64,000 nt of DNA from Spirochaetia bacterium (GCA_963675665.1 OY776510.1:4512001-4576000); one strand, 5' to 3'; counted from the stretch's first letter, positions 27,891-38,784 are shown. Numbers and translations: made by a program. The notes: generated by a model not told the origin, from the letters alone.

Positions 27891-29631
27891 CTACCGGGAG
27901 CGAGCAGGACGTAAGCCAAAGCGACTATCCCCATCTCCTGGGCCATAAGCTCCCCGACTGTATACCCGGCAACGATCCTCAGTATTGAGCCAGCAGCCAC
28001 CTCGTAAAATCCGGGAGGAACCAGAGGATGGGCCTGTCGGATTAGTCACTGGTGTATAATTGTAGTCGCCGGACCAGTCCCAACACCATTCCCAGACATT
28101 CCCACTCATATCGTACAGACCAAGCTCGTTAGCTGCTTTAGTGCCAACCGTTTTTGTATCACTGTCGCTGTTCTCAGTATACCAAGCTACACCATTTATA
28201 CTATTACTGCCTGAGTATGTATAACCACTGCTGTTGTTTCCCCCTCTTGCGGCAAACTGCCACTCTGCCTCGGTCGGCAGACGGTAGCCATTCTCGTTCC
28301 AGTCGCATCCCGCGTTATCGCAGGTTGTTGCATTTGAATCCTTTATAACTACGCTGCTGTAGGTATATACAGGTGTTAGTCCTTCATACTCGCTTGCGGC
28401 ATTGCACCAAACCATCGCATCGCGCCAATTGATACTTGTCACCGGCTCGTCGAAAGTATCGGACGGCGTTCCATCATCCCCAGCTTGCCCGGCATTGTCG
28501 AAGCTGTAGCCGTGGCTTAAAGCCCAGGCGTAAACCTCCTCCCATTCGGCAAATGTTACTTCATATTTTCCTATTGTAAAATCAGACAGTGTCACCTCGC
28601 TTCCAAGGATAAATGTACCGCCGTCAACAGAGACCATTTCTACGATTATTATAAGAAAATCAGAAACAGCAGACCAGGCGCCGTACTGATCGTCGCCGTC
28701 CTTCGTCCGCACCTGCCAGAAGAGTGTATCTCCGACGTTCAGGCTTGAAGGGTATTGATATTCCGTTGTCGGAGCTGTAACTGTATGTACAGTGACTGAA
28801 GCTATATCGCTGCCTCCGGCAGTTGTTGTATAACGCAGCTCATAGCCTGCAGCACCGTCAACTGAATCCCAGCTCAACGTCGGGGTTGTGTCGGTTGTTG
28901 AGCCGTCATCGGTGGGGCTTATACCGCTGATTGTGCCCCAACTTACCTGCAGACTGTATACACTGCTCCACGCTGCATGTTGCCCATTTGTATTTACAGC
29001 TCGTACTCTCCAGTAATGGATCTGATTGTTCGTCATCGCTGCCGTAGGGGTGTAGCTGTTTGCTTCGGCAGTTTCGATTGCTGCCGATGTAACGCCTGTT
29101 TCAGTGTAAGCTATCTGTACCTCATAGCTTACGGCGCCGTCTACAGCGTCCCAGCTCAGCGTCGGGGTTGTGTCAGTTGTTAAACCACCGTTTGTCGGGT
29201 TGATTCCGCTTATTGCATCGGAAGGGGTGAGGGGTGATACTTCTGACCCCCCCCCAGTCACCGTCCTTATAAGCGGAAACACGCCAGTAATAGGTAACTT
29301 CTGCAGTCAGGTTAGCATCGATACTTAAAATATGGCTGCTGAAATCATCTGCGGAATAGATTATATCCGTAAAACCTGAATCCGTTGCTATCTCTATCTT
29401 ATAAGCCTCAGCGCCGACTACCTCGCTTACGGTCAGGCTTATGAAGTACTCAACCTCATCATCAACCACCGGTTTTATATCATCCGGGTTGCTGATTGTT
29501 TCAAAACCCTGGTAGTAGTCTGTCGACAGCGGGTCGGTTACGTTGTTGAACTCATGAGAACAGGAAACGGTAATAAAAATCAGTGCAACCAAGCCGACTG
29601 ACAATACTGCTGCGATAAACCTTTCTTTCAT
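27891..29631 (-). pseudogene. Lipoprotein with FN3-like repeats and C-terminal FGE-sulfatase (CLec-fold) domain, frameshifted at a G9 tract
   Basis: Lipobox ITVSC in ORF 29173-29631; ORF 27891-29282 continues in another frame across C9 at 29247-29255; YRLPTEAEW, NELGLYDMSGNVWEWCWD and RGG.W motifs. Confidence 0.85.
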
Positions 29632-31370
29632 TATTCCATTCCCCCTTCAAGTTTTGCCAGCTCAGCTGAAACGCGGGCTATGCCTTCATCATAGTCTCCC
29701 GGAGATTCGCCGATAAATCCGAATATTAATCCTGCAGCTGATGCAACTCCACCCGCTATTCCTGCAGCAAGACTAACGGTGTCCCATAATTCAACCTGCG
29801 AACGGTATTCCGATGTCTCGGGGGTAATAGTCGAGGTTTGATAATCGGCATACGCCAGGTTAGCCAAAATTATTCCCATACCCATAACGGCCAAAGCAGC
29901 ACCTCCTGTGCTTAAAGCTGCAATACTGATAATTTTTTTCGTCTTTTTTGACGATTCAGCTTTTTCCTTCGACGCGTGAAGTTCATCTAGTTCATTTTTC
30001 AGGGATTCTATTCTGTATTGCCGGTATTCTTCTTCCGTATTGTTTTTAAGATTAACGACCGAGGTTAGAATATTTTCATCTTTATATTGAGAATTGTCAA
30101 TTTCACCTGTAAGAATTTCCAGATCAGTTATAAACGATTTTACTGCAGCCTTATCATCAAATGAAGTCTTTACTGATTCCGCTTCCGTCTGAAGCTCATT
30201 AAACCGTTTAGTCCAGATTTCCCGCTGCTCATTTTCCTTATAGGCTTCTGTATGTTCAAGCTGAGGAGACAACGAAGCTGTTCTGCCCTTTACAATCCGC
30301 ACGGAACCTTCAGAAGTTTTATAATCCCTGCCGCTTAAAGAATAACTGTATTCACCGGTCTGTAAATTAACAATTCTGCCGTTTCTGCTGAATCTATGTA
30401 AAGCACCGCCGGAGCCCTTCAGGGTACCGGATACGCCCGAAGGTAAAATATATTCAAAAATTCCTACCGCATACGGATATGCATCAACCTTTGTAGTATC
30501 ACCCTCAGTGATATTGACCTCTTCGCTGTAATAGAATCCCCCTCCTGAAAGTTCGAGCTTCGCAGTGCCTACAGACAAATCCTTAAAAAGACCCGAACCG
30601 AGAGAGCCGAGGTCTCTACCGTTTAGAGAAACATTAACACCGCTCTCCGAAGACTTGATAAACAGGTTACCCTGCTTTATTTTCAAGCTTAATTCCAGCT
30701 CCTGCATTCCTTCTACGATATTTACTTCCCGTGATGCATACATATTCCCTGAACGCGCCTCAACCATAACTTTGCCGACCGGAATACGGCTGAATACATC
30801 GGGGCTTTTCCCCTTCTGCACGCCGTTTATATAGATATCGCAACCGGAAGGCTCTGTCGAAATAAACACTTCTCCAAAGGCGTCCGCGATCTGCACCGAA
30901 CCTCCTGAAGTATATGTTAAACCGGCAATGGCATAAGCAAGTGTCTTTGACTTTTCCGGCATCTCCGACAAGCTCATCGCTTGAATATCCGCCGCTTGCA
31001 GGTTTTTTCCAAGCTTTACATCAATCAGTTTTGCTGTAAGCACGTAGGTTCCGCCAATCTGCGACATCGAACCCAGCACGATCTGCTCGGCGGACAGGAG
31101 TTCTCCTATCTCGATGGCACAGGCGTCGTCGGTACATCCCGAAAGGCTGAATGCCTGTGCATCAAGTATCTCTTCAATCTTGTTCTGCTCTATTACATTA
31201 AAAGCGCCTGTATTGACGAGACCGGTTTCAAATAAGGCTGATACAGCCCGAGCATCAGTTTCGGATACGCCAATAGGTTCAAAAGGAATAATCGCCACTC
31301 GCGGCTGGTTTTGCGCCGATAAAAAAAGTGGAGTAAGCAAAACCAGGCAAATAACCAGTATTTTTTTCAT
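29631..31370 (-). CDS. Exported PEGA-domain protein with N-terminal CsgG/TolB-N-like domain and C-terminal membrane hairpin
   Basis: Signal peptide; GCTDDACAIEIG; STEPSGCDIYING..G.SP; coupled (TAATG) to the downstream lipoprotein. Confidence 0.8.
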   Translation of the reverse strand: MKKILVICLVLLTPLFLSAQNQPRVAIIPFEPIGVSETDARAVSALFETGLVNTGAFNVIEQNKIEEILDAQAFSLSGCTDDACAIEIGELLSAEQIVLGSMSQIGGTYVLTAKLIDVKLGKNLQAADIQAMSLSEMPEKSKTLAYAIAGLTYTSGGSVQIADAFGEVFISTEPSGCDIYINGVQKGKSPDVFSRIPVGKVMVEARSGNMYASREVNIVEGMQELELSLKIKQGNLFIKSSESGVNVSLNGRDLGSLGSGLFKDLSVGTAKLELSGGGFYYSEEVNITEGDTTKVDAYPYAVGIFEYILPSGVSGTLKGSGGALHRFSRNGRIVNLQTGEYSYSLSGRDYKTSEGSVRIVKGRTASLSPQLEHTEAYKENEQREIWTKRFNELQTEAESVKTSFDDKAAVKSFITDLEILTGEIDNSQYKDENILTSVVNLKNNTEEEYRQYRIESLKNELDELHASKEKAESSKKTKKIISIAALSTGGAALAVMGMGIILANLAYADYQTSTITPETSEYRSQVELWDTVSLAAGIAGGVASAAGLIFGFIGESPGDYDEGIARVSAELAKLEGGME

Positions 31371-31471
31371 ATCATTTCCTTAATTTACATTGTATAAACA
31401 CTTTAAAACATTATTTACTAAACAACATTTTATACCATGGATCTTTCCTATACAATTAAAAAATATCGCAT

Positions 31472-31500
31472 TTGACAGCCCTGTCAGGCGGTCATATAAT
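31472..31500 (+). promoter_or_regulatory. Consensus sigma70 promoter of ppk2 with an overlapping palindrome
   Basis: TTGACA-N17-TATAAT, then 6 nt to the ATG; TGACAG-cc-CTGTCA over the -35. Confidence 0.75.
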
Positions 31501-31506
31501 TTATTT

Positions 31507-32322
31507 ATGAGTGAAACAGACAGCAGACTATCCGTAAAAATCGGGAAGAAAGAATACGAAGCCGAACTCAGGCGGCTGCAGATAGAACTTGTCAAACTTC
31601 AGGAGTGGCTCAAGGATGAAGGAATCAAGGTTGTGGCAATTTTCGAGGGGCGCGACGCGGCGGGCAAAGGCGGCGCAATCAAACGGATAACCGAAAGCCT
31701 TAACCCGCGCTACTGCAGGGTGGCGGCCCTGGGGACCCCGTCGGACCGTGAGAAATCACAGTGGTATTTTCAGCGTTATGTACAACACCTGCCGGCGGCC
31801 GGCGAGATTGTTCTGTTCGACCGATCGTGGTATAACCGCGCCGGGGTTGAACATGTTATGGGTTTCTGCACCGACTCGCAGTACCGTGAATTTCTGCGCA
31901 GCTGTCCGGAATTTGAGAGGATGCTTGTCCGTTCCGGAATTAAACTGCTTAAATACTGGTTCTCCGTCAGCGATGAAGAACAGGAGAAGCGGTTTCAGGC
32001 GAGGATAGATAATCCGACCAAGCGCTGGAAGCTCAGTCCTATGGACCTTGAATCACGCTCAAAATGGGTTGAATATTCCAGGGCAAAAGACGCCATGTTT
32101 CTGCATACCGATATTGAACAGGCCCCCTGGTGGGTTGTTAATGCCGATATTAAACGCAATGCGCGGCTGAACTGCATAAGGCACTTTCTGTCGCAGTTCG
32201 ATTATAAGGACCTGACCCCGCAGCCGATTGAGCTGCCGCCGCGCCAGGCTGCGGAAAACTACACGCGTCCGCCGATTGATTCGCAAAGGTGGATTCCGGA
32301 ATATTACCCGGAAAACAGCTGA
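31507..32322 (+). CDS. ppk2: Polyphosphate kinase 2
   Basis: FEGRDAAGKGG, QWYFQRY, FDRSWYNRAGVE and WKLSPMD; ATG at 31507. Confidence 0.96.
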   Translation: MSETDSRLSVKIGKKEYEAELRRLQIELVKLQEWLKDEGIKVVAIFEGRDAAGKGGAIKRITESLNPRYCRVAALGTPSDREKSQWYFQRYVQHLPAAGEIVLFDRSWYNRAGVEHVMGFCTDSQYREFLRSCPEFERMLVRSGIKLLKYWFSVSDEEQEKRFQARIDNPTKRWKLSPMDLESRSKWVEYSRAKDAMFLHTDIEQAPWWVVNADIKRNARLNCIRHFLSQFDYKDLTPQPIELPPRQAAENYTRPPIDSQRWIPEYYPENS

Positions 32323-32334
32323 AGTTTTTCCAAA

Positions 32335-34056
32335 TCAGCCGAGTTCGTCCGCCCTTCGGCTTAACTCGGCCATCTTCCTTGTAAAAAACAGCTGAATGCC
32401 CCGTTCATCGATAATTCCGGCAAATTCACCTTCCGGGTTTTTCGCTGTGACATTCCTGAAAACCGGAAGATACTCAACGCCTTTGAGCTTAAGCCTGTTT
32501 CTTGCGTCTTCAGCGCTCTCTTCTATTCTGCAGGAAGCCTCGGGAACCTGCATAATATCGTGCGCCAGCAGAAAATCAGACAACTCGGCGGCCATAAAAG
32601 TGTTTTTCAGATTTTCAATGCTGAGGATTCCGGCCAGGCGGCCGTCAGGATACACAACGGGATAACAGAGCGAATCGTGTTCGCTGAAGATTCCCAGTAT
32701 CCGGCTTACCGGAGCGTTAACAGGAATTTTCGGCACATCGGAATACATAATGTCGGCAGCCTTGCTCTGTCTTACAATATCCTCTTCGGTTATATTAAGG
32801 CCGACCTCGCCGGCGCGATCAACGGCGAATTTTACCGAGACCGGTCCGAGAATCTGCACTACAAAGGTTGTGGCGGTTACAACGGTAACAACCAGGTTGC
32901 CGAATTCTCCGGTAAAAACCTGTCCGGCGACAATTGAAAGCCCGATGGCTACGCCGGCCTGGCTTAAAAGACAGAACGGCAGGTATTTAAAAACGGTCTT
33001 CGGGGCTTTTGAAATAAACGCCCCGGCCCGGGCGCCGATCAATTTTCCGAATGTTCTTCCGAAAAGAAAGACACCCGCTATTGCTGCGACAAAACCAGTT
33101 ATGTTCCATATGTTCAGCTTGGCGCCGACGAGGACAAAAAACAGGACGTAGATCGGCGGTGAAAATTTCTGGACCAGTGCAAATGTTTCGCGGCTCTTGC
33201 GCGGTGCGAAATTCGAGATAAAAAATCCCATCGACATCGCCGCGAGTATCATATCTATATCAAGAGCTACTGAAAGCCCGCTGAGCAGCATAATTGCCCC
33301 GATGGAAAACGCGAGTATACGGTCCTCGTTAAGAAAACCCTTTATCAGCTTGCTGAGAATAAGGGCAATAACAGCTCCCGCGGCTATCGCGCCTCCAATC
33401 TCCCAGGCAAGCCCGAGCAACTGCGACGAAAGTGCGGGCGCGGCAACGCCTGTTTCAGCGCCCCCCATCAGGCTGCCCGCGATGCTTACCGAAAAAGCGA
33501 ACAACAGCAGGGCCACAGCATCGTCCATCGCAACTATTCCGAGCACTGTCGAGGTCAGCGGCCCCCTGGTCCGGTTCTCCCAGAGAACGTCGGTGGTGGC
33601 GGCGGGCGCTGTCGCCGAAGAGATGGAACCGAGAACAAGCCCCATTGCCAGCGCCATTGCGAAATTGCCCGTAAGCAGATATACCAGCCCGAAAACAAGG
33701 GCCCCTACCACTACGAATGCCGTCAGGGCTTCAAGCAGCAGAATTGCTGTAAACTGTTTTCCCCGCTTCTTTAATTCGGCAATCTTCAGTTCGCCGCCGA
33801 TTGAAAAACCAATCAGCGAAAGGGCTACAGTGCTGACCGGGGCCAGCTTGCTGATCATGTCAAGCCCGATAAACTTCAGTCCCGACTGCCCCAGAACGGT
33901 TCCAATCACAATATAGCCTACTACCTGGGGTATCTTTATGCGCTGAAAAAGACGTCCGCCTATGGCGCCGCCGAACAGGATAATGCCTAAAAACAGGATG
34001 ATATTTATATTAAACAGCGACGCTTTTCCCGCGATATCGGCGATCAGTTCACTCAT
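32335..34056 (-). CDS. Cation:proton antiporter (CPA2) with C-terminal CBS pair
   Basis: Multiple TM helices; ATAPAAT, MDDA, LFFVLVGA and SQAGVAIGL. Confidence 0.88.
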   Translation of the reverse strand: MSELIADIAGKASLFNINIILFLGIILFGGAIGGRLFQRIKIPQVVGYIVIGTVLGQSGLKFIGLDMISKLAPVSTVALSLIGFSIGGELKIAELKKRGKQFTAILLLEALTAFVVVGALVFGLVYLLTGNFAMALAMGLVLGSISSATAPAATTDVLWENRTRGPLTSTVLGIVAMDDAVALLLFAFSVSIAGSLMGGAETGVAAPALSSQLLGLAWEIGGAIAAGAVIALILSKLIKGFLNEDRILAFSIGAIMLLSGLSVALDIDMILAAMSMGFFISNFAPRKSRETFALVQKFSPPIYVLFFVLVGAKLNIWNITGFVAAIAGVFLFGRTFGKLIGARAGAFISKAPKTVFKYLPFCLLSQAGVAIGLSIVAGQVFTGEFGNLVVTVVTATTFVVQILGPVSVKFAVDRAGEVGLNITEEDIVRQSKAADIMYSDVPKIPVNAPVSRILGIFSEHDSLCYPVVYPDGRLAGILSIENLKNTFMAAELSDFLLAHDIMQVPEASCRIEESAEDARNRLKLKGVEYLPVFRNVTAKNPEGEFAGIIDERGIQLFFTRKMAELSRRADELG

Positions 34057-34565
34057 TCGGTCGCCTCCGGTTCGGCGGCATCATCAGAACCTGAATCTTC
34101 CCTGCCCGAGAGAAGGCTGTATATCTCGTTTCCGTCGGCTGCGGCAATCAGCTTCTCACGCATCTCGGCCTCTTTAAGCCTAGTCGAAATCATTGAGAGT
34201 AGACGGATATGTTCTTTATGCTGGTTCTCACCGACAATGATCATCACGATAATCCTGACTTCAGAACCGTCGAGGGTATCATAATCGGCTATCCCTTCAG
34301 GCTGCACGCCGGCTATCACAAGCGGTGATTTTACCCCGCTGAAGCGAACGTGCGGAACCGCAATTCCCATACTTAGCCCGGTGCTCATAAGCTGTTCACG
34401 GTAAAAAAGCTCCTTTTTAAGCTCTTCGATATCAATTGAACCTTTTTTGGCCTGAGGTCCGTTGAAATCTTCCAGGCCTGAAACAAGCTCTATTATAGCT
34501 TCCGTTTTTGTCTTTTCCTTAAGAACCCGGCAACGCTCTCTGTTGATAATATTTCCAAGATCCAT
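34053..34565 (-). CDS. PTS sugar transporter subunit IIA (Ntr/fructose-like)
   Basis: REQLMSTGL..GIAVPH motif. Confidence 0.88.
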   Translation of the reverse strand: MDLGNIINRERCRVLKEKTKTEAIIELVSGLEDFNGPQAKKGSIDIEELKKELFYREQLMSTGLSMGIAVPHVRFSGVKSPLVIAGVQPEGIADYDTLDGSEVRIIVMIIVGENQHKEHIRLLSMISTRLKEAEMREKLIAAADGNEIYSLLSGREDSGSDDAAEPEATE

Positions 34566-34689
34566 TAAAGGCCTCCTCAGGAGGTCCGGCCTCCTTCATA
34601 CAAGATAAACGGCAGGATATGGATTGTCAAGTATTCTTGGGCTTTATTGTCCTTTATTGTCCATTTCAGGGCGGAGAAATTCAATTTTT

Positions 34690-34719
34690 TAAAAAAAGAG
34701 CAGCCGTTACGACTGCTCT
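34690..34719 (-). terminator. Intrinsic terminator after the ABC operon
   Basis: AGAGCAGTCG-taa-CGGCTGCTCT followed by a T run. Confidence 0.75.
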
Positions 34720-34729
34720 GCTGTTTTTT

Positions 34730-36604
34730 TCAGAATGAAGAACTCTCAAACTGGCTGTTGTAAAGATCGGCATAAAAACCTCCGCTGTCGAGAAGCTGTT
34801 TATGGGTTCCCTGCTCAATGATATCGCCTTCATTCATTACAAGTATTAAATCGGCATTCCTTATAGTCGACAGACGATGCGCTATGACAAAACTTGTTCT
34901 GCCGGCCATCAGGTTGTCCATTGCCTTCTGAATCAGCTCTTCCGTCCTTGTATCTACCGAGCTTGTCGCTTCGTCAAGAATAAGGATCTTCGGATCGGCA
35001 AGTATTGCCCTTGCGATGGTCAGAAGCTGTCGTTGTCCCTGAGATATATTGGTGGTCTCTTCATTAAGCATCATATCGTAACCGTCGGGAAGAGTTCGGA
35101 TAAAATGGTCGGCATGAGCGGCTTCCGTGGCCCGGACTATGTCCTCCTCGGATGCTTCAAGATTGCCGTACCGGATATTTTCCCTTATTGTCCCGTTGTA
35201 GAGCCAGGTATCCTGCAGGACCATTCCAAAATTGCGCCTGAGATCCTCCCGCCGGAATTCCTTCAAATCATGCCCGTCGACAAGGATCTCCCCGGACTGG
35301 ATGTCGTAGAAACGCATCAGAAGCTTAACCATTGTGGTTTTACCGGCGCCCGTCGGGCCTACGATCGCTATCTTTCTGCCCGGTTCCGCTTTGGCGGAGA
35401 AGTTTTTGATAACAGGGTTTTCGGGATCATAGCCGAAATGAACGTTTTTGAATTCTACAAGCCCCTCAACGGTGTCAAGCGTAACAGGGTCCCTTGTTTC
35501 GGCTATCTCCTGCTCTTCATCAAGAAACTCAAATACCCTTTCGGCCGCTGCCGCAGTCCTCTGAAGCACGTTGCTTATATTGGCTATCTGGTTTATCGGC
35601 TGGGTAAAATTATTAACATACTGGATAAACGCCTGCACATCTCCCAGGGTTATGGCGCGTTGAATAACAAGCCAGCCGCCGAAGATCGTTACCGCCACGT
35701 AACCGAGATTTCCGACAAAACGCATCAGCGGCATCATCATCCCTGAAAGAAACTGCGATTTCCAGGCCGATGAAAAGAGGGTCGTATTGTTTTCCTCAAA
35801 TATCCGAATGCTTTCTTCTTCGCCGTTGAAAGCCTTCATGACCATATGCCCCGAGAACATCTCCTCGACATGTCCGTTTATATGCCCGAGATAATCCTGC
35901 TGCTGTTTGAAAAATCTCTGTGAGTTTTTGACAATCAGGCTGACAAGAACCATTGATACCGGCAACATCCCTATGGCGATAAGGGTCATCCGCCAGTCGA
36001 TTGAAAACATCATAACAAGAACGCCGACAAGGGTTACCACCGAGGTAATAATCTGCGTCAGGCTCTGACTGAGCGTCTGGTTAATCGTATCTATGTCGTT
36101 GGTTATCCTCGAAAGAGTTTCTCCATGAGTTGTATTATCATAATAATTAAACGGGATTTTGTTGATCTTGAGCGACACGTCCCGTCTGAAACGATAGGTA
36201 ATATCCGCTGAAACACCGGACATCAGCCATCCCATAACGAAGGAAAACAATGATGATCCAAGGTAGATTGCAATAACAAAGATTATAATTTTCCCGATAT
36301 AGATAAAATCCACCGATCCTGTTCCGGCAATTTGGGCCATAACGCCCTCGAAAAGCGCAGTAGTGGCCTTCCCGAGAATCCTGGGTCCGATTATAAGGAA
36401 TACTGTCGAGGCCACCGAACAGATAAATACCAGCACCAGAGTCGGCTTGTATTTTTTCAAATATCCCGACAGGCGTATTATAGTGGCCTTAAAGTTTTTT
36501 GCCTTTTCGTTACTCATCATTGCAGCGCGATGTCCGCCGCCCATCGGGCCTCTTCCCGGAGGGCCTGCCGCAGGTCTGAAATTATTGGTCCTTTTGTCGC
36601 TCAT
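34730..36604 (-). CDS. Heterodimeric ABC exporter subunit (permease + ATPase)
   Basis: GPTGAGKT, ISQGQ, ILDEATS and IAHRLST. Confidence 0.94.
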   Translation of the reverse strand: MSDKRTNNFRPAAGPPGRGPMGGGHRAAMMSNEKAKNFKATIIRLSGYLKKYKPTLVLVFICSVASTVFLIIGPRILGKATTALFEGVMAQIAGTGSVDFIYIGKIIIFVIAIYLGSSLFSFVMGWLMSGVSADITYRFRRDVSLKINKIPFNYYDNTTHGETLSRITNDIDTINQTLSQSLTQIITSVVTLVGVLVMMFSIDWRMTLIAIGMLPVSMVLVSLIVKNSQRFFKQQQDYLGHINGHVEEMFSGHMVMKAFNGEEESIRIFEENNTTLFSSAWKSQFLSGMMMPLMRFVGNLGYVAVTIFGGWLVIQRAITLGDVQAFIQYVNNFTQPINQIANISNVLQRTAAAAERVFEFLDEEQEIAETRDPVTLDTVEGLVEFKNVHFGYDPENPVIKNFSAKAEPGRKIAIVGPTGAGKTTMVKLLMRFYDIQSGEILVDGHDLKEFRREDLRRNFGMVLQDTWLYNGTIRENIRYGNLEASEEDIVRATEAAHADHFIRTLPDGYDMMLNEETTNISQGQRQLLTIARAILADPKILILDEATSSVDTRTEELIQKAMDNLMAGRTSFVIAHRLSTIRNADLILVMNEGDIIEQGTHKQLLDSGGFYADLYNSQFESSSF

Positions 36605-38784
36605 GCCAGTTCCTCCATATCAAGTTGTGAATAGACAATCTCGCGGTACTCCTCACAGTCCTTCATAAGCTCGTCATGGGTTCCCTTGCCTACTATCCGT
36701 CCTTCATCCAGGACAATGATCTGTTCGGCCCGCATGATGGTCGATACCCGCTGCGCAACAATAATAAGAGTGCTCTCGCCGGTGTTTTTCTTCATCGCCC
36801 TGCGCAGCGCCGCATCGGTTTTAAAATCAAGGGCTGAAAAACTGTCGTCAAATATATAGATCGGGGCCTTTTTTACAAGGGCCCTTGCTATCGAGATCCT
36901 CTGTTTCTGACCGCCGGAGATGTTTGCGCCGCCCTGGGCAATCGGAGTTTCCATACCTTCAGGTTTTACATTTATAAACTCTGCAGCCTGCGATGTCTCC
37001 GCCGCAATTGCAAGCGTACTTTCATCAGCTTCCGAATCGCCGTACTGCAGGTTGCTTTTTATTGTGCCCGAGAACAGGGTGACTTTCTGTGGAACATAGC
37101 CTATCCGGGCCCTGAGGTCCTTCTGCCTGAGCGATTTTACATTTATCCCGTCCACCAGAACCTCTCCGTGCTCAACATCGTAGAACCTCGGAATTAAATT
37201 CACAACGGTGCTTTTCCCGGAACCGGTCGAACCGATTATTGCTGTGGTTTGGCCCGGTTCGGCAGTGAAACTGATGTTTTCAACGGCGCACGCCTCGCCT
37301 CCCGGATACCTGAAACATACATCCCTGAATTCAATCAGTCCACGGGACTTCCCCTCAAACTCAACCGGATTTTCCGGATCCCTGATTGTCGGCTCCGTTT
37401 CAAGCACTTCAGCAATTCTGACGCCGGAAACAGAAGCCCTGGGCAGAAATATAAAGATCATTGAAAGCATCAGAAACGACATCACTATCTGCATTGCATA
37501 CTGAAGAAAGGCCATCATATCGCCCACCTGCATTGCCGACTCGGCAACCTTGTGCGCCCCTACCCAGATTATCGCTACCGTAAGAGCATTCATCACAAGC
37601 ATCATAAACGGCATCATCGTGACCATTATCCTCGTTACAAAAAGGTTAACGCCGGTCAGTTCCTTATTTGCCGCGTCAAACCGTTTTTCTTCAAATTTCT
37701 GCCGGTTGAAAGCCCTCACTACCATCAGTCCGGAGAGCTGCTCTCTTGTTACCAGGTTAAGCCGATCAATCAGCTTTTGTATCATCTTGAATTTCGGCGC
37801 GGCAATCGAAAAGACAACCGCGATCATTCCGATAATAACCATCACGGCAAGACCTATCAACCATGCCATCGAGGGGGCCTTTCCAACAGCCCGGATAACG
37901 CCGCCGACTCCCATAAGCGGGGCAAATATAACCATCCGCAGCATCATGAACACAACCATCTGAATCTGTGTAATATCGTTTGTAGTCCTCGTGATAAGAG
38001 AGGCGGTTGAAAACCTGTCGAATTCCTCTCCATTGAATTGCTCTACCCGTCTGAAAATATCGCTTCTGACCTTTTGGGCCATGCCTGCTGCGGTACGCGC
38101 AGCAATCAGACCGGCAATGATATTAGCCGTAATGGATATCAGCGTTATGATAATCATCTGAAAGCCGGTCTTCTTAATATAGCCCAGCTGCATCCCTGCG
38201 ATATCCAGGTCTATGGCCTCATACTCGGCCTTAACCGCCCTCAGGGCGCCCTGTCTGCCGACAACCGGGTCAAGATCCGAAGTCTTTTGCTTAATCATCG
38301 CGATAACCCCGTCCCGCTGCTGCCGGGGCATCATTTCGAGCATTGTGAAAAAATCAGTTCCGGCAGGGACCGAATCCGGCAGAGCAATCCCCCGGGAGGA
38401 AGGGTCATTCATCATCCGGTCAATTCCGGAAACCGTCAAGAAGGCTTCCGAAAAAATCGGCTCAATATCGGCTGTTTCAGCATCGTCCCTGAGTACATAA
38501 ACTTCTTCCTTATAAACACCCGAACCGCCGGCCATGAACTCGTAACGGGCTGTAATATCCTCCCCGGCCTTGTCGTCAATAAATAAAAGCAGCCTGTCCA
38601 TTGTACTCTTTCTGATTACATCCGGCACCGGCGATTCGATGCCGCTCTGCTGTATCCCGGTGTTTACAATTTTCGACATGTAATCAGGAAGGGCAAGATC
38701 CAGGTTAACCTGCAGAAAAATCAGCAATGCGCAAAATATTATGCCGATGGTATAAGGTTTTAAATATCTTAAAAGTTTAATCAT
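36601..38784 (-). CDS. Heterodimeric ABC exporter subunit (degenerate site)
   Basis: GSTGSGKS, ISGGQ, IFDDSFSALD and VAQR. Confidence 0.94.
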   Translation of the reverse strand: MIKLLRYLKPYTIGIIFCALLIFLQVNLDLALPDYMSKIVNTGIQQSGIESPVPDVIRKSTMDRLLLFIDDKAGEDITARYEFMAGGSGVYKEEVYVLRDDAETADIEPIFSEAFLTVSGIDRMMNDPSSRGIALPDSVPAGTDFFTMLEMMPRQQRDGVIAMIKQKTSDLDPVVGRQGALRAVKAEYEAIDLDIAGMQLGYIKKTGFQMIIITLISITANIIAGLIAARTAAGMAQKVRSDIFRRVEQFNGEEFDRFSTASLITRTTNDITQIQMVVFMMLRMVIFAPLMGVGGVIRAVGKAPSMAWLIGLAVMVIIGMIAVVFSIAAPKFKMIQKLIDRLNLVTREQLSGLMVVRAFNRQKFEEKRFDAANKELTGVNLFVTRIMVTMMPFMMLVMNALTVAIIWVGAHKVAESAMQVGDMMAFLQYAMQIVMSFLMLSMIFIFLPRASVSGVRIAEVLETEPTIRDPENPVEFEGKSRGLIEFRDVCFRYPGGEACAVENISFTAEPGQTTAIIGSTGSGKSTVVNLIPRFYDVEHGEVLVDGINVKSLRQKDLRARIGYVPQKVTLFSGTIKSNLQYGDSEADESTLAIAAETSQAAEFINVKPEGMETPIAQGGANISGGQKQRISIARALVKKAPIYIFDDSFSALDFKTDAALRRAMKKNTGESTLIIVAQRVSTIMRAEQIIVLDEGRIVGKGTHDELMKDCEEYREIVYSQLDMEELA

